NCBI RefSeq assembly: GCF_026571515.1 | Contig: NW_026858509.1 | Coordinates: 372,001 to 436,000 of the forward strand | Origin: Ruditapes philippinarum | Taxonomy: Eukaryota | Direction of reading: 5' to 3' | DNA length: 64,000 bases | Part shown: positions 11,760-24,801 of the stretch, in pieces | How the letters are laid out: the number at the start of each line of letters is the position of its first letter | How positions within the stretch are numbered: position 1 is the first letter of the stretch | Notes under the pieces: model-generated | What the model was told of the DNA's origin: nothing | The model's database searches: none | Seen by the model: only the letters and a program-made list of their open reading frames with translations | Translations under genes and position numbers: made by a program

Positions 11760-12950
11760 GCAGTTCAATTCTTGGTTGAAGACTCGGGATAAGATGCTGA
11801 AAATGGGATATCTTTCTGTATTTGTGTCTTGCACACTCCTCCAAAATATAAAAACACTAAATAATACTCTACTGGAGGACTCACCCATATGGGCAACCTG
11901 CAGCATGTATAAACAAACTCAAATACACACACACATTTATTAGCTTATTATATACAATTTTTACTCCAGAAATATACAATGGGTGCCTGTGTAAGGTACT
12001 TCACCAGGGATTCAGATTGGATGTTTGGCCAAGGGCTTTTGACAGTCACAGATGACTGAGAAGAAAAACACCAATTTTCAGTAAATATGACCAACAAATT
12101 TCTAAAGTAAAAGATCAATATTTGGTTAAACAATTTTATCATCAAGATTACAGATCTGCGGCTTATCCAAGAGATTTTTTAAAAGATTTAATATTAGTCA
12201 TTATCGCTGAAAAAATTAAATAGTTACCAGTATTTTTTATTGGACAAAATAACCTAAATAGTGTTGCACGGCTTTTCACTCAATCCATATAGGAATCACG
12301 CAAACATTTGATTTCCCATGTAATTCTGAGTATATATCTTTTTTGGATGTATCTGCCAATCTCCCTTTATTAAACATAAGAAATATCTGTATTTTTTTTC
12401 TTTCACATTGGATGGAAAAAAGTCATAATTTGTGCTATTAACAACAAAATATTTGCACATATCTTGTCAAGAACAAGAACATACTATTTTCAAATTCTGA
12501 ACAGAAGTTGTCATAAATAAAGCAATAAACTGTTTTTACAACTCAATCAATGTTTAGTTAAGAAGAAGACATTTTCTGAGTAATTGAGTTGACAAAATAA
12601 ACACATTTTCTACATATTATAAGACATTCTGAAACAATTGCCAAAGAAAATGTGTAAACTGATCTGTCTAGAAAAATGAAATTTAAAGAAAAATCTGATA
12701 ATTGCCGTAGAATTAATAAGTGATTCCTCATTTGTGCTAAGAGGCATTAGAGAACAGACATATTTTTAACATATTTTTTAACAATTTCAGTATACAAGTA
12801 AAAGAGGCGAAAATAAAAGAGGCGAAAATAATTGACTTGAGTAACACCAAAGACAGAAATGGCATCTGACTAGGCAAATGTTCTATAAAATTTGACAGTG
12901 GAAACAACTGATTATTGAAAAGAACTGATTTAGATAAAGCAATACTGGAT

Positions 12951-13018
12951 ATGGCCACAAATGGAACGGAAAGTATTGACAAACTTTTGAGTGATACTCC
13001 AATAGAATCACCTTATAG
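12951..13018 (+). CDS. Candidate first coding exon of the large protein gene
   Basis: ATG GCC...: MATNGTESIDKLLSDTPIESPY + AG|gtaatt; phase 2 fits the acceptor at 16019. Confidence 0.5.
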
Positions 13019-14043
13019 GTAATTTTCCTTTGAAAAAATATATCAAGGGGTGATATTATTGCCTGTTTTCCTTTTTTGCTGTCTCTCTTATCAAACTTAT
13101 TCAATATGATTTCCTACAGCACCTTTATAAGAATGATTTGTACAAGTTTAATAAAGCCCATTTATTGCTTTTACCATTACAATTTGTTAGGCATTTGATA
13201 AATGTATTTTCGTGCTTATGTTAATTTCTTCATTGGCCAATTACTGTAATTGCAATTTACTCCTTTAAGTTGCCTCAATGTGTGTCATGTTGAGCATTCA
13301 TTGATGACACTTAATATTTGTAATTTGTGTTACTTTTTGTTCTGAAAAGTTTTATTGTATATCAAAGCAAGTCAAAGATAAAAACTGTGCGTTCCATTTG
13401 CCCCTAGATTTTTCCTTATTTTCATGAAAATTTTGAAGATGAATTTAGTTTAAAGTTAAATATTGTGAAGTGAACAAAGAGAGTAATTTACACATTGCAA
13501 ACTGCTCTTACAGTCCATGCTAATTATCCAAAAAGAGGTCATATATGTTTAAATAGCCCTTGCTGCATTAGAAACGCAGTAGAAATATGGTTATAAATAC
13601 TTCAAAATCAGTCATTATGCACACACAAGATGTAAATTATTACTTGAATCTTTTTACTGAGAATCCAAGTATGTTTTTCATTTGAATGTCTTGAAATATT
13701 TTGGCTCATCTGGAGGAATACAGCTTTAAGTATATCTTCTCTAACATTTGCTTTTTTTGTGACTTTGGAATTTGAAAGATTTTTTTATATCATAATGTAG
13801 GAATTTATTAATGGTATGAAGTATCAACAGATTAATCTCAGAGAACTTGATCCTTGGGTCACTTTAAAATGGTGGCATAGGTTTGTAAGTTTTGCCAAAC
13901 ATACTCAAAATATTAAACTAGCCTAGAAGCACCACCTGTTAAGGGAGGTCACTGTTAATTTAACTATTTTGTTCTCTGAAACATTAATTTCTTTTTGATG
14001 AAACATAGCTGTAAAGTGTCATAAAGATTCTTGTTAGTTTGGT

Positions 14044-14662
14044 TAAGGCAAAAATGAATTTTTATTTGTTTGGGTCGTCAGACCAAACAAATAATGGTAG
14101 CGAAATTTCAGAGTCTGATGCTGTTAATTGCAAATGCCGAAAGTAGGCCGCTTTTTTGAAGCGGTTACTTCCCTTTATATGTACACTAATGCCAAAAAAA
14201 TTCAGGGGAGATCACTGCATAAAGATGGTCAAATGATAGGCGCATTAATTTTCAGGCAAAATAATTCCCGAATGTTCGAAGATTTCTAATATTGTTTTAT
14301 CCTTTATAGATATACATGCTTATAATAAGTTCCATGATTATTAACATCTGTGTTAAATAACAGTTAGCGTCGAAATAATAAGGGTTACAAACCCTAATTT
14401 AGAATAATATGGTTTTCTTCAGGCCTTTTACATATAACTTCACCGTGGCCGAGGGGTCTGGCGTTCAAATCCAGGAAGGCAACTCTTTTTTTTTCAAAAT
14501 TGTTAATTGTTTAAGTCAAATAAACATTGAATTGAATATCAGTGTTGCAATTAGTCTTAAAGCCAATTAACTACAATTAAAACGCTGGAAAGCACTGGTG
14601 GCACTATACAAAAACAAATTGGTTTATAATCTCACAACCTTCACCGAGACCCAAACAAATTC
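14044..14662. mobile_element. Possible decayed TIR DNA element
   Basis: atttgtttgggtc (~14065) is inverted to gacccaaacaaat (~14648); CpG-richer interior. Confidence 0.35.
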
Positions 14663-15204
14663 ATCTTCTTCTGTGCTTTGATTTATGTATGTCATAATTA
14701 AGATTTTGAGTCAACTCATCCCATCAACTTGTCATCTTTATGGTCAACTCAACCCTTTGTTAATTTGTCCCCTAACTCATTACCTATTTTCTTTTATATA
14801 AAAAAGTGCATATATTAATTAACAGAAAATTAACTCTTAGTATAGGTTAAAACATGCTAGTTGGTTACTAAAATATTCCCAAACTTGACACCCAACAGTG
14901 AACTAAGATAGATAGACCTATATTCTTTATACATCTTAATTATGGTAAAGTGTCTTAATTTTGTCTATCATAATTGCAAGGTTTGTTGCCCTATAATTTT
15001 AAAACCTGCACAAGAGATATTCCTTAAAATAATATACAGGTCTGTTTTGTTCTGTTCGCTTTTCAATCCACTTACCTACCTATGCTCGCGTCTGGAAATA
15101 CTATGCAGACCTAGTCTTTGTACAATAACTATATATTATGTATATGAACTGTAAGACTGTAAATACATGTAGTAAAGTGATGCATATGAATTTTGCAAGA
15201 AGAA

Positions 15205-15396
15205 CACCACTTGCCCCTCACACCTGTGGGTTCGAATCCTAACAGGGACTTTGGATTCTTTCAAATGAGGAAGCTTAGATAATTCAGCTAGCTTACAGAA
15301 CGTTGGTGGTTCTACTCACATGACTGTCTGTATATGCCTGAAATAATGCACAGAAAGGGGCATAAAATCTAACTCAACCAGTAAAGCTGAAAAGTA
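15205..15396 (+). mobile_element. tRNA-derived SINE (family 1)
   Basis: B-box gggttcgaatcc at ~15228; same body as 8325-8517. Confidence 0.7.
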
Positions 15397-16018
15397 AAAA
15401 AAAGTGAAGAAAAAAAAAAGAACAACAAATTGAATTTTAAGTGGTTATCTAGCATTAAATAGTGCTTAAATGGGAGTATATCTAAAAAACAAATATAAAA
15501 AGTGAGCTAATAAGTAGATAAATTTTGTAGAATCTGTTGACATTAAAGTTGTGTACTTTTAAATAGGATTTATTCAAGAATGTAAATATAAGAAATACAA
15601 TATATCTTGATTCTGTCTATATACTGGACAAAATGGATAAAGTATTTTTAATTTGGCCCAAATTTATACGGGTTTTTTTTTGTTGGGGAAAAATTTCCCA
15701 ATTTGTAGATAAATATCAAAAACTTTGCACAATTTCTTTTTTAAAAATCAGTAAAATAAATGTCAGCTAGATATGTTTAAAATTTTATAGTAAATTTTAA
15801 ACAAAAATTTTTTAATTTAAATTTATAAAAATATATCTATTGGGAAATTTTCACTTAAAATTTAAACCCTTCTTTTGTTTTAAACCAAATTTTAAATTAA
15901 TAAGACATAATTTTTTTTTCTCAGTTTTTCATTTTTGATATAAAAACATCTTCTTACATAAAAAGTTAATTTTAAACTGTTTTATTCCAACTGATTTAAT
16001 ACTATAATTTTTTTACAG

Positions 16019-19000
16019 ATCTCAGCTAGTTGACTTTGACTCAAAGCTTCCATGTTCACCAGATCCAGAGAATCCAATGTTAAAGAATCTTGTAACATCA
16101 CCAACACATGTAAACATGTGTTCACCTGTCAACAGCTGTGCATTCTCAACAAACAGGGACACTAGTTCATATCCTAACAATAATGCATGTTTTGCAACAA
16201 CAAAGCCCCAAGATGCTTATTTCCAAACTGGTACCTTTGTAGATGGTTCAGTCCCATTCTCAAGTGCTGCAAGTGAATTGTATTCTGCCGTGAAAGTGAA
16301 TTTGAATGGTGCAATCGACCAATCAGAATGTACGTTAATGAGCTCTGGTGACCATAGTAATAATAATAATGAGAACAGCTATCTGGGTCATACAAATGTT
16401 TCTTGTGAAGAGACAAATTTATTCCAAAATAACAACTATAATCCGATCAGTTACAAGAGTTTGGATCAATCTATCAGTAATACATCTACACAGGCAGCTC
16501 AGAATTGCCTAACTTGTTCTTCTGCTGATGCATTTTTATCACAAGGTTCCTACAATTACAAAAACAATGCAGAGGTGAACAATAATGATGACTTGTTGAA
16601 TAAATTTGACTCCAGATTAGAGAGTAATAATGGATGTTATGATCTTTCAACTTCCGAGATTTTTGATTATTCGCAACAACCTGTGGTGAAAGGAAATATA
16701 AAATGTTCAAACCAATTTGTTTTAAGTCCAAGCATAGACTGCAAAGGTGCAGTCAAGCCTATTATGAATTTCAATTTTGAAAACCCTGTTTATGCAGAAA
16801 GAACATTACTGTACAATTTCTCTTCTCCAAACGACATATTGCCCACATGCCGACTTACAAATGTAAATACAAGCCATCCTTTTCAGAGAAAAGAGGAGAA
16901 TGTGGAATCTGAAAATAAAGTTTTAGTAACAGACAGTCCGGGACAGGTAGTCCAAGCAGGATTTTGTAACTGTTTAGACACACTTGATGTTCCCTTTGAA
17001 CAGGTGTTTATCTATAATGGTCAAATGTACCAGTTACCATATTCAGATATTGTTCAAATTGGAAAATTTCAATTTTATTCTTTTCTCAAGGAAGGATTAA
17101 TTTATATTCCGCTTGGGAATTTTTTTCATGTAGTTGGTAAAGAAGTAAGGAATTTGTTTGCAAGTTTCGTTAACTTAAAAAGCATGGCATTGTTAAGTCT
17201 CAGTTTAGATGAAATCTACTTCTTAGAGCAAAAGTGCAGTTTTTACTTTGACAGTTCAAATAAAGACCTCATAGACTTACAATCTCTCAGGGAAGTGTGT
17301 TTAGAACTATTAAATATATGCCCTGGTGATACAAATCTGAAAATGCTAGCGGTGAGCATACCCAGCAAATATGAGTTCAGGTCAAATATGATATGTTCAA
17401 ATTGTGGGTGTAACAAAAAAGGTGCAATAAAAGGTGATTCTTATGTGCCTCTTGTTGGAAATAGTGACTTCACATCTAAAATAAGTGTAACTGTTGGAAC
17501 ATTGATGGTAGGTGATGAAGTATTCACAACATTTGAACAACATGGTAGATGGTATGTAAGTTTCAAAGATTTAGTGACACGAGGAATCATTTCACTCACA
17601 GCCCTTCAAGATAAAATGAAGAGAATACATAGCAAAGCTATAATAGCACCTCCAGACATTGAAAAGTATTTCTCACATCAGTCACTTATGCTGAACAATA
17701 CATTATGGATTGAAATGGTGACATTAAGATGTGTGGTTTGCATGATTAATAGGAAATCAAAACTTGCTGGCCTGATTGCCTGTGGTGAGTACAGCATTAA
17801 CCCATCCACAAATATTCTTTGTGAAGATACCTCAAAATGCAATATAACTTATTCAATAGATGCAAAGAGCTTGACTGTTGATAAAAATTGTGCCAAATAT
17901 AAGTTACAGAATTCAGAACATTCATTTTTTATTACCCGTAAAAGAAAAGAAAGAGCAAGTAAGGTTGAACACTTATCAGCCAATAGTGAAGAAAGGATTA
18001 TGGCTCACAAAACTAGAGGAAGAGGAATCAAAGGAGATGAGAATCCTAAAGAGTTGAAAGAATCTGACAATGTTACAAATCATGATTGTGGCAAAGAAAG
18101 AGTACAGGAAGAAGGAAAATTGAGTGCAGATAAGTTAGATAAGGATAGTCAAAGTGAAGGAAAGAATGTTTGTAGCATGACTCTTAGACCAAGAAAGAGG
18201 AATGTGGTACATACACTGCAAGAAACTGATGATGAAGTGTTCTACAAAAATGAGAGTGAATTAGTTTGTGAAAGAGGCAGGAAGCAGAAAAAATTTCCAC
18301 GTAAACGCGCTGGCTTAAGAAAAAAGAAACAAATGTTCCTTAATGAAGGTGACTACATAATAAGAGACTATGAGACATTTTGTCAGAAGTTGGATGCAGG
18401 TTTGATTGTTAAAAGGGACCATGAGGAAGTGGTTGTTGATCTTTATAGCGAAGACAAAAAAGCAGTCTGTACATTAGAGTCTTTACAAGAACAAGACAGT
18501 CAAGCAAAAGACAACAGCGAGTGGCACGAAGGTGATCCTAACTTATTAAACAAAGCTTTGCATATGTCTGGAATAGCTAGTTTTGATTTTGATCATAACT
18601 CTGAATTAAATGATGTTAAAATTAGAGGTCAACATTTGGAAAGTAAAGATAGTGAAAGTGATAACTTAGGACTTGAAAGTATTTCAATGAAATGTCATGA
18701 TGATAAGGTTAAAGCTCAAACAGAAAACTATAAAGAAGATGATAGTAGTAATTTGCGTGAACATGTATCTGAAAAGATTAACACTGATCAGGAATCGCAT
18801 GTAGTGCTAGATGGTGCTTCAATGGAAGAGCATAGTGTTTTTATTGAAAATTTAGAAAGTGGAATTGTTGATGTAACAAATCCCAAACAAATGAATTTAG
18901 AGATAGAAAATGAAAATAGGGTTTTTGAAATTGTTGAAAGGGAAGTTGAAGATAAAATCAAGAACTTAAAAGTAGTTGATGATTATCATGGTTTGAATGA

Positions 19001-20214
19001 AAATATTGAAGACAGTGAAATGCAGATTGAAAGTAAATGTGATGATCTTGCTTTAAATTTGATGTCTGAAAATACAGATGAGATTTGTGATAATAATAAG
19101 AATACAGTTCATGAAAATGAATATGCCAAAGAGAGTAGTGATCTTCTGACAAGTAAGATGATACATTTTAAATTAGACAGAGAGGAAGAAATACAGAATA
19201 ATGATTCACAAATTGGTGAAATAACTGAAATAGGGAAAAATCTTGAAACACAAAAGAGTATTGGCACAAGAGAAAGTTTGGAACAAAGGGCATATTCTGA
19301 AACAGAAAAATGTTCTGAAATACAAGAATGTTTAGAAAAACTTGAGTTGTCTGAAGCAGGAAAATATGAAATAACAGTTGAATTCACTGGAAAAGGAAAA
19401 CATCCTGAGACATTTAAAACCTCTAAGATGCAAGACCATACTAAAATAGAAGAAAATCAAGAAATGGAAGATAGCCATGATACTGTAAATAATTTAGAAA
19501 TAGAAAAAAGTCCTGTTACAGAAGAAAGAACTGTAGTAATGGAGGATTTTCAAACAAGAGAAAGTATTGAATCAGGAAAAATCTCTGAAAAAGTAAAGAG
19601 TCATGAGCATTTCATTTGCTTTGAAAACAAAGAAGTAATTCTGAATTCTAATGTGTTACAAAATGAAATTCTTGATTGTAGGGAATGTCTAACAGAAAGT
19701 ATTGCAGAATTTAAATCTCAAAACATAATAAATTTTCAGAAAATTGGAGAAGTAGGACTACATGAAGAACAAAATATAATCAGTGCAGAAACAGTTCAAC
19801 CTCTTGATACAGATACACAAACAGAATGTTCCTTTTCAAATGATAGAAATGATTTTGCAGGTGAAAATTTCCCAGAGCATGAATATGGCATGACATATGG
19901 AGATACTGAATTACAACATGAAAAAACGCTCAATGAAGAAAACTGTGATACATTAATGGAAGTTGAAGAACATAATAGAGCATGCACAAATGGTAGAGAT
20001 ATAACCGCAAATGAAGTGGAAACATTCCAAATGATAGAACCACAAACAGAACCACAAACATATGCATGTAGTCAAGATAACATTGATACAGATAAAAGAA
20101 AAGAATGGGAAACAAACATTATTAAGTACCTGGTATTCTCACATGTTAAAGTTGGGCCAAATCCTGGTTTCAAGGTGCTGAAATTCTTGCCTGGAGCAGA
20201 AAAGACTTTCCCAG
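16019..20214 (+). CDS. Giant 4.2-kb exon of an uncharacterised, probably nuclear protein (two Ski/Dach-like domains, basic NLS-like motifs, long acidic disordered region)
   Basis: ttttttacag|A acceptor; frame open upstream of ATG 16077; 1401-aa ORF; donor CCAG|gtaagc at 20214. Confidence 0.88.
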
Positions 20215-20383
20215 GTAAGCAATACACCTTTATACACTGTAATTTTGTGTCAGTTCTAATACCAATTGTTCTTCTAGGTTAAATACTTCATGTTTGAAAT
20301 GTTGCTTTTCATAGCATAATCAATAAGTTTATACTATCAATATGATTGGGCTGCTGTTATATGACCATATACATGTATAAATG

Positions 20384-21245
20384 ATTGTTCACAATATTAC
20401 CAAATGACATGGTTTATATACATGTATAAATGAATGTTCACAATATAACCAAATGACATGGTTTATATCAGCTTACAAAAGTTTATATTTGGCCATATAT
20501 AATGTCAAAAATCTTTATAACTAAAAATTTGTTTGTATTAAAGAAAAATAGACAAAAATTGCTCATTGTTGTCAAGTTCATTGAAACCTTGCACCTTACT
20601 ATGATAAAATATCTGTCACATTTATTGCATTTGAATTAAGAATGCATAATTGATTTGGATTTTAAATGACTTATTTGATATTATATGAAAGTGTTTTCTA
20701 TTGTAGATTTATTTGATTCCAACCTCAAACCTCCAGAAACAAAACGTAAACTTACAGAATTTAAGATAGCTGCTGGCAGATATTTAGATAACATGTTTTT
20801 AAAGTATTAGACAGAAAGGAGGAAGAAAACATCCAGATAAAAGAATTGAAAGAAATTGAACCTCTTGATACAAATTTAATAAGTTGTGATACAAAAACAG
20901 TTGCTGAAAATACATATTGTTCCAAAAGAAGGGAAGGATTGCAATGTAAATAATAGTGTCACCAAACCAGAAATGCCATCAGTTACTGTTACAGTTACTG
21001 ACTCAAAAAGGTGTTGAATATACTAATAAGAGAAATAATGGTCGTAGAAATAAAAGTGTAAATGATCAAAGAACAGATAGGATGAGTTTAAACAATAAGG
21101 GAATACAATCTTTAGAAGTGGTTTCCACTAAGGAGGGAGAAGAGAAGCAAGAAATAAGTGCAGGAGTTGAGACAAATGAGTTTCTGTCCAATCATGACAG
21201 TAATAAAACCAAGAATGGATCTGACATAATTGATCATGTTATAGA
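20384..21245 (+). pseudogene. Frameshifted partial duplicate of the last intron end and last exon 5' half
   Basis: Near-identical to 21462-22321 but with indels (gtattagac vs gtatagac, agaattgaa vs agaacgttgaa, ccaaaagaag vs ccaaagaag, tcaaaaaggt vs tcaaaaggt). Confidence 0.75.
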
Positions 21246-21783
21246 AATGTATTTCCCTAGAATAAAATCTTAAATCAGAATTTTTTAGTTATTAAATTAC
21301 AATTACATGTACTTTTATCTTCCCTACTGATTTGTTTTAAGGTTCATTTAACAACACAGTGCCAAGGATAAAAACTTGCTTGCTAGATAACACTTATCCA
21401 TAATGCCCCCATCTCCATCTAAAGCTTTCGTAAACGGGCGTATTTTGTGACTATGGCACCCTTGTTCACAATATTACCAAATGACATGGTTTATATACAT
21501 GTATAAATGAATGTTCACAATATAACCAAATGACATGGTTTATATCAGCTTACAAAAGTTTATATTTGGCCATATATAATGTCAAAAATCTTTATAACTA
21601 AAAATTTGTTTGTATTAAAGAAAAATAGACAAAAATTGCTCATTGTTGTCAAGTTCATTGAAACCTTGCACCTTACTATGATAAAATATCTGTCACATTT
21701 ATTGCATTTGAATTAAGAATGCATAATTGATTTGGATTTTAAATGACTTATTTGATATTATATGAAAGTGTTTTCTATTTTAG

Positions 21784-23048
21784 ATTTATTTGATTCCAAC
21801 CTCAAACCTCCAGAAACAAAACGTAAACTTACAGAATTTAAGATAGCTGCTGGCAGATATTTAGATAACATGTTTTTAAAGTATAGACAGAAAGGAGGAA
21901 GAAAACATCCAGATAAAAGAACGTTGAAAGAAATTGAACCTCTTGATACAAATTTAATAAGTTGTGATACAAAAACAGTTGCTGAAAATACATATTGTTC
22001 CAAAGAAGGGAAGGATTGCAATGTAAATAATAGTGTCACCAAACCAGAAATGCCATCAGTTACTGTTACAGTTACTGACTCAAAAGGTGTTGAATATACT
22101 AATAAGAGAAATAATGGTCGTAGAAATAAAAGTGTAAATGATCAAAGAACAGATAGGATGAGTTTAAACAATAAGGGAATACAATCTTTAGAAGTGGTTT
22201 CCACTAAGGAGGGAGAAGAGAAGCAAGAAATAAGTGCAGGAGTTGAGACAAATGAGTTTCTGTCCAATCATGACAGTAATAAAACCAAGAATGGATCTGA
22301 CATAATTGATCATGTTATAGACAAGATCGATGAGAATATTGGAAAGGAAAACATAGACAATTCTGTTCCAAAGACAAGCCCAATAATTGTACCAGAGAAA
22401 GCTGACACAGGAAGAACTCCAACCAGATATGAAAATAGAAGAGAAAAGAGAAAACATGGTGAAAATCGAAAAGCATATTCAGGAAACAGATCAAAATTAG
22501 ATGAAGATATTAATGGAAACAGTATTGAAATTCATGAAAATAACAGCAAGGAAACAATTGGGAAGAATACTGGTATAAAGAAGTGCAAAATAACTGCAAG
22601 TGATTCTAGCAACAAGAGAACAAGTTGTAGGAAAAGAGGAAGAATTGCATCAGAATTAAAATCATACAAAAACAAACAAGGAACTAAGCGTTTCAAACAT
22701 TCAGAAAACATCACAAGTGATGATACATGTGTTAACACTAGCTTAAATCATTCTGAGATGAAACAATATGGTTTAAAAAGAAAATATCAGACACATTTAA
22801 ACAATAGTAAGGAAGAGGAAGAGACAGATTGTGATAATCATGATGATGCAGATAAAGAGGTCAGTAGCAAATATCATTGTAAAGATAACAAGAAGGAAAA
22901 TGGCAGTGACAGGAAGGTTTCAATTGTATTGAGAATTAAGGAAACGGATAAAAATAAAGATGCTGAGATCAGGGAGATCTATGATATTCCTGACAGCTAT
23001 GTACTGTTAAAAAGATTGAGTTTTTTGGAGGATGCAGTCTCTGTGTAA
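21784..23048 (+). CDS. Last coding exon of the large protein (Lys/Arg-rich, low complexity)
   Basis: ttctattttag|AT; phase-1 join gives ...KTFP-D-LFDSNLK...; stop TAA at 23048; ~1842 aa total with the candidate first exon. Confidence 0.85.
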
Positions 23049-23342
23049 GATTTAACTTACCACATGGGGAATTTCAAGAGTTCATTAGTTTTTTTTCCCA
23101 GATATACAGCTATGTTATGTATATTACACACTAAAGTTTGTCTGTTTGCTTGAATTGATATATTTAATTAAGATTTTTGTGGAATTGATAAGCCAATTAT
23201 TGTAATATTTTGTAAAAATATCATGAACTTGTACATATTTGATATTTGTACTTTGTATAATTTCTTTTTTTATTGAAAGAACATTTTTTTGTTTGTTTTT
23301 GTTTTAACTTAAGTATGTAAAAAGTTTTAAGATAAGTATGAC

Positions 23343-24801
23343 TTTTTAGCTCACCTGTCACAAAGTGACAGGGTGAGCTTTTGTGATTGCTTTTCGTCCG
23401 GCGTCCGGCTGTCGTCCGTCCGTCCGTCGTCCGTCCGTCGTCCGTCCGTAAACTTTTACTTTAAATGACATCTCCTCATAAACCACTAAGCCAATTTCAT
23501 CCAAACTTCACAGGAATGTTCCTTTGGTGGTCACCTTTAAAGATTGTTCAAAGAATTTAATTCCATGCAGAACTCTGGTTGCCATGGCAACCGAAAGAAA
23601 AAACTTTAAATATCTTCTTTTAAAAAAACATAAGAGCTAGAGCTTAGATATTTGGCATGAAACATCTTCTAGTGAGTGTCTACCAAGTTTGTTCAAGTAA
23701 AAGCCCTGGGGTTAAAATTGGCCCCGCCCCAGGGGGTCATTGATTTTCCCTATATGCATATAGTAAAAACTTAAAAAAATCTTCTTTTAAAGAACCCAAA
23801 GAGCTAGAGCTAAGATATTATAATTTAGCATGAAACATGTTCTAATGGGTGTCTACCAAGTTTGTTCAAATAAAAGCCCTGGGGTCAAAATTGGCCCCGC
23901 CCCGGGGGGTCATTGATTTTCCCTATATGCATATAGTAAAAACTTTAAAAATCTTCTTTTAAAGAACTCAAAGAGCTATGGCTAAGATATTGAGCATCAA
24001 ACATGTTCTAATAAGTGTCTACCAAGTTTGTTCAAATAAAAGCCCTGGGGTCAAAATTGGCCCTGCCCCAGGGGGTCATTGATTTTCCCTATATGCATAT
24101 AGTAAAAACTTAAAAAATCTTCTTTTAAAGAACCAAAAGAGTTAGAGCGAAGATATTTAGCATGAAACATGTTCTAATAAGTGTCTACCAAGTTTGTTCA
24201 AATAAAAGCCCTGGGGTCAAAATTGGCCCCGCCCCTTGGGGTCATTGATTTTCCCTATATGCATATAGTAAAAACTTAAAAAATCTTCTTTTAAAGAACT
24301 CAAAGAGCTATGGCTAAGATATTTAGCATCAAACATGTTCTAATAGGTGTCTACCAAGTTTGTTCAAATAAAAGCCCTGGGGTCAAAATTGGCACCGCCC
24401 CGGGGGTCATTGATTTTCCTTATATGTGTATAGCAAAAACTTAAAATCTTCTTTGAAAAAACCCAAATAGCTAGAGTTTAGATATTAAGCATGAAACATC
24501 TTCTAGTAAGTGTCTACAAAGTTTGTTCAAATAAAAGCCCTGGGGTCAAAACTGGCCCGGCCCCAGGGGTGTCATTGTTTTTAACTTTATGTGTATAGTA
24601 AAAACTTTAAAAAAATCTTCTTTTAAAAAGCCCAATGAGCTAGAGCTTAGATGTTTAGTATGAAACATCTTCTTATGGGTGTCTACCAAGTTTGTGCAAA
24701 TAAAAGCCCTTGGGTTAAATTGGCCCTGCAACGTTGGGGGTGGGGGTTGGGGGGCCTATATACAGGTGAGCGACCTCAGGGCCATCATGGCCCTCTTGTT
24801 T
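23343..24801. mobile_element. HINE-like element with ~166-bp tandem core (~7 monomers)
   Basis: tttttagctcacctgtcacaaagtgacagggtgagc hairpin, GTCC microsatellite, aagccctgggg every ~166 bp, end caggtgagcgacctcagggccatcatggccctcttgttt. Confidence 0.85.

Noticed and set aside
11970-12085. Additional coding exon of the large gene
   Set aside because: Good acceptor (actccag) but stops in all three frames; at most a 5' UTR exon.
20215-20282. Hydrophobic C-terminus (FVSVLIPIVLLG) suggesting a membrane anchor on the 1401-aa ORF
   Set aside because: It lies past the strong donor CAG|gtaagc and is intron read-through.
20956-21273. 105-aa ORF as a separate gene
   Set aside because: Fragment of the frameshifted duplicate of the terminal exon.
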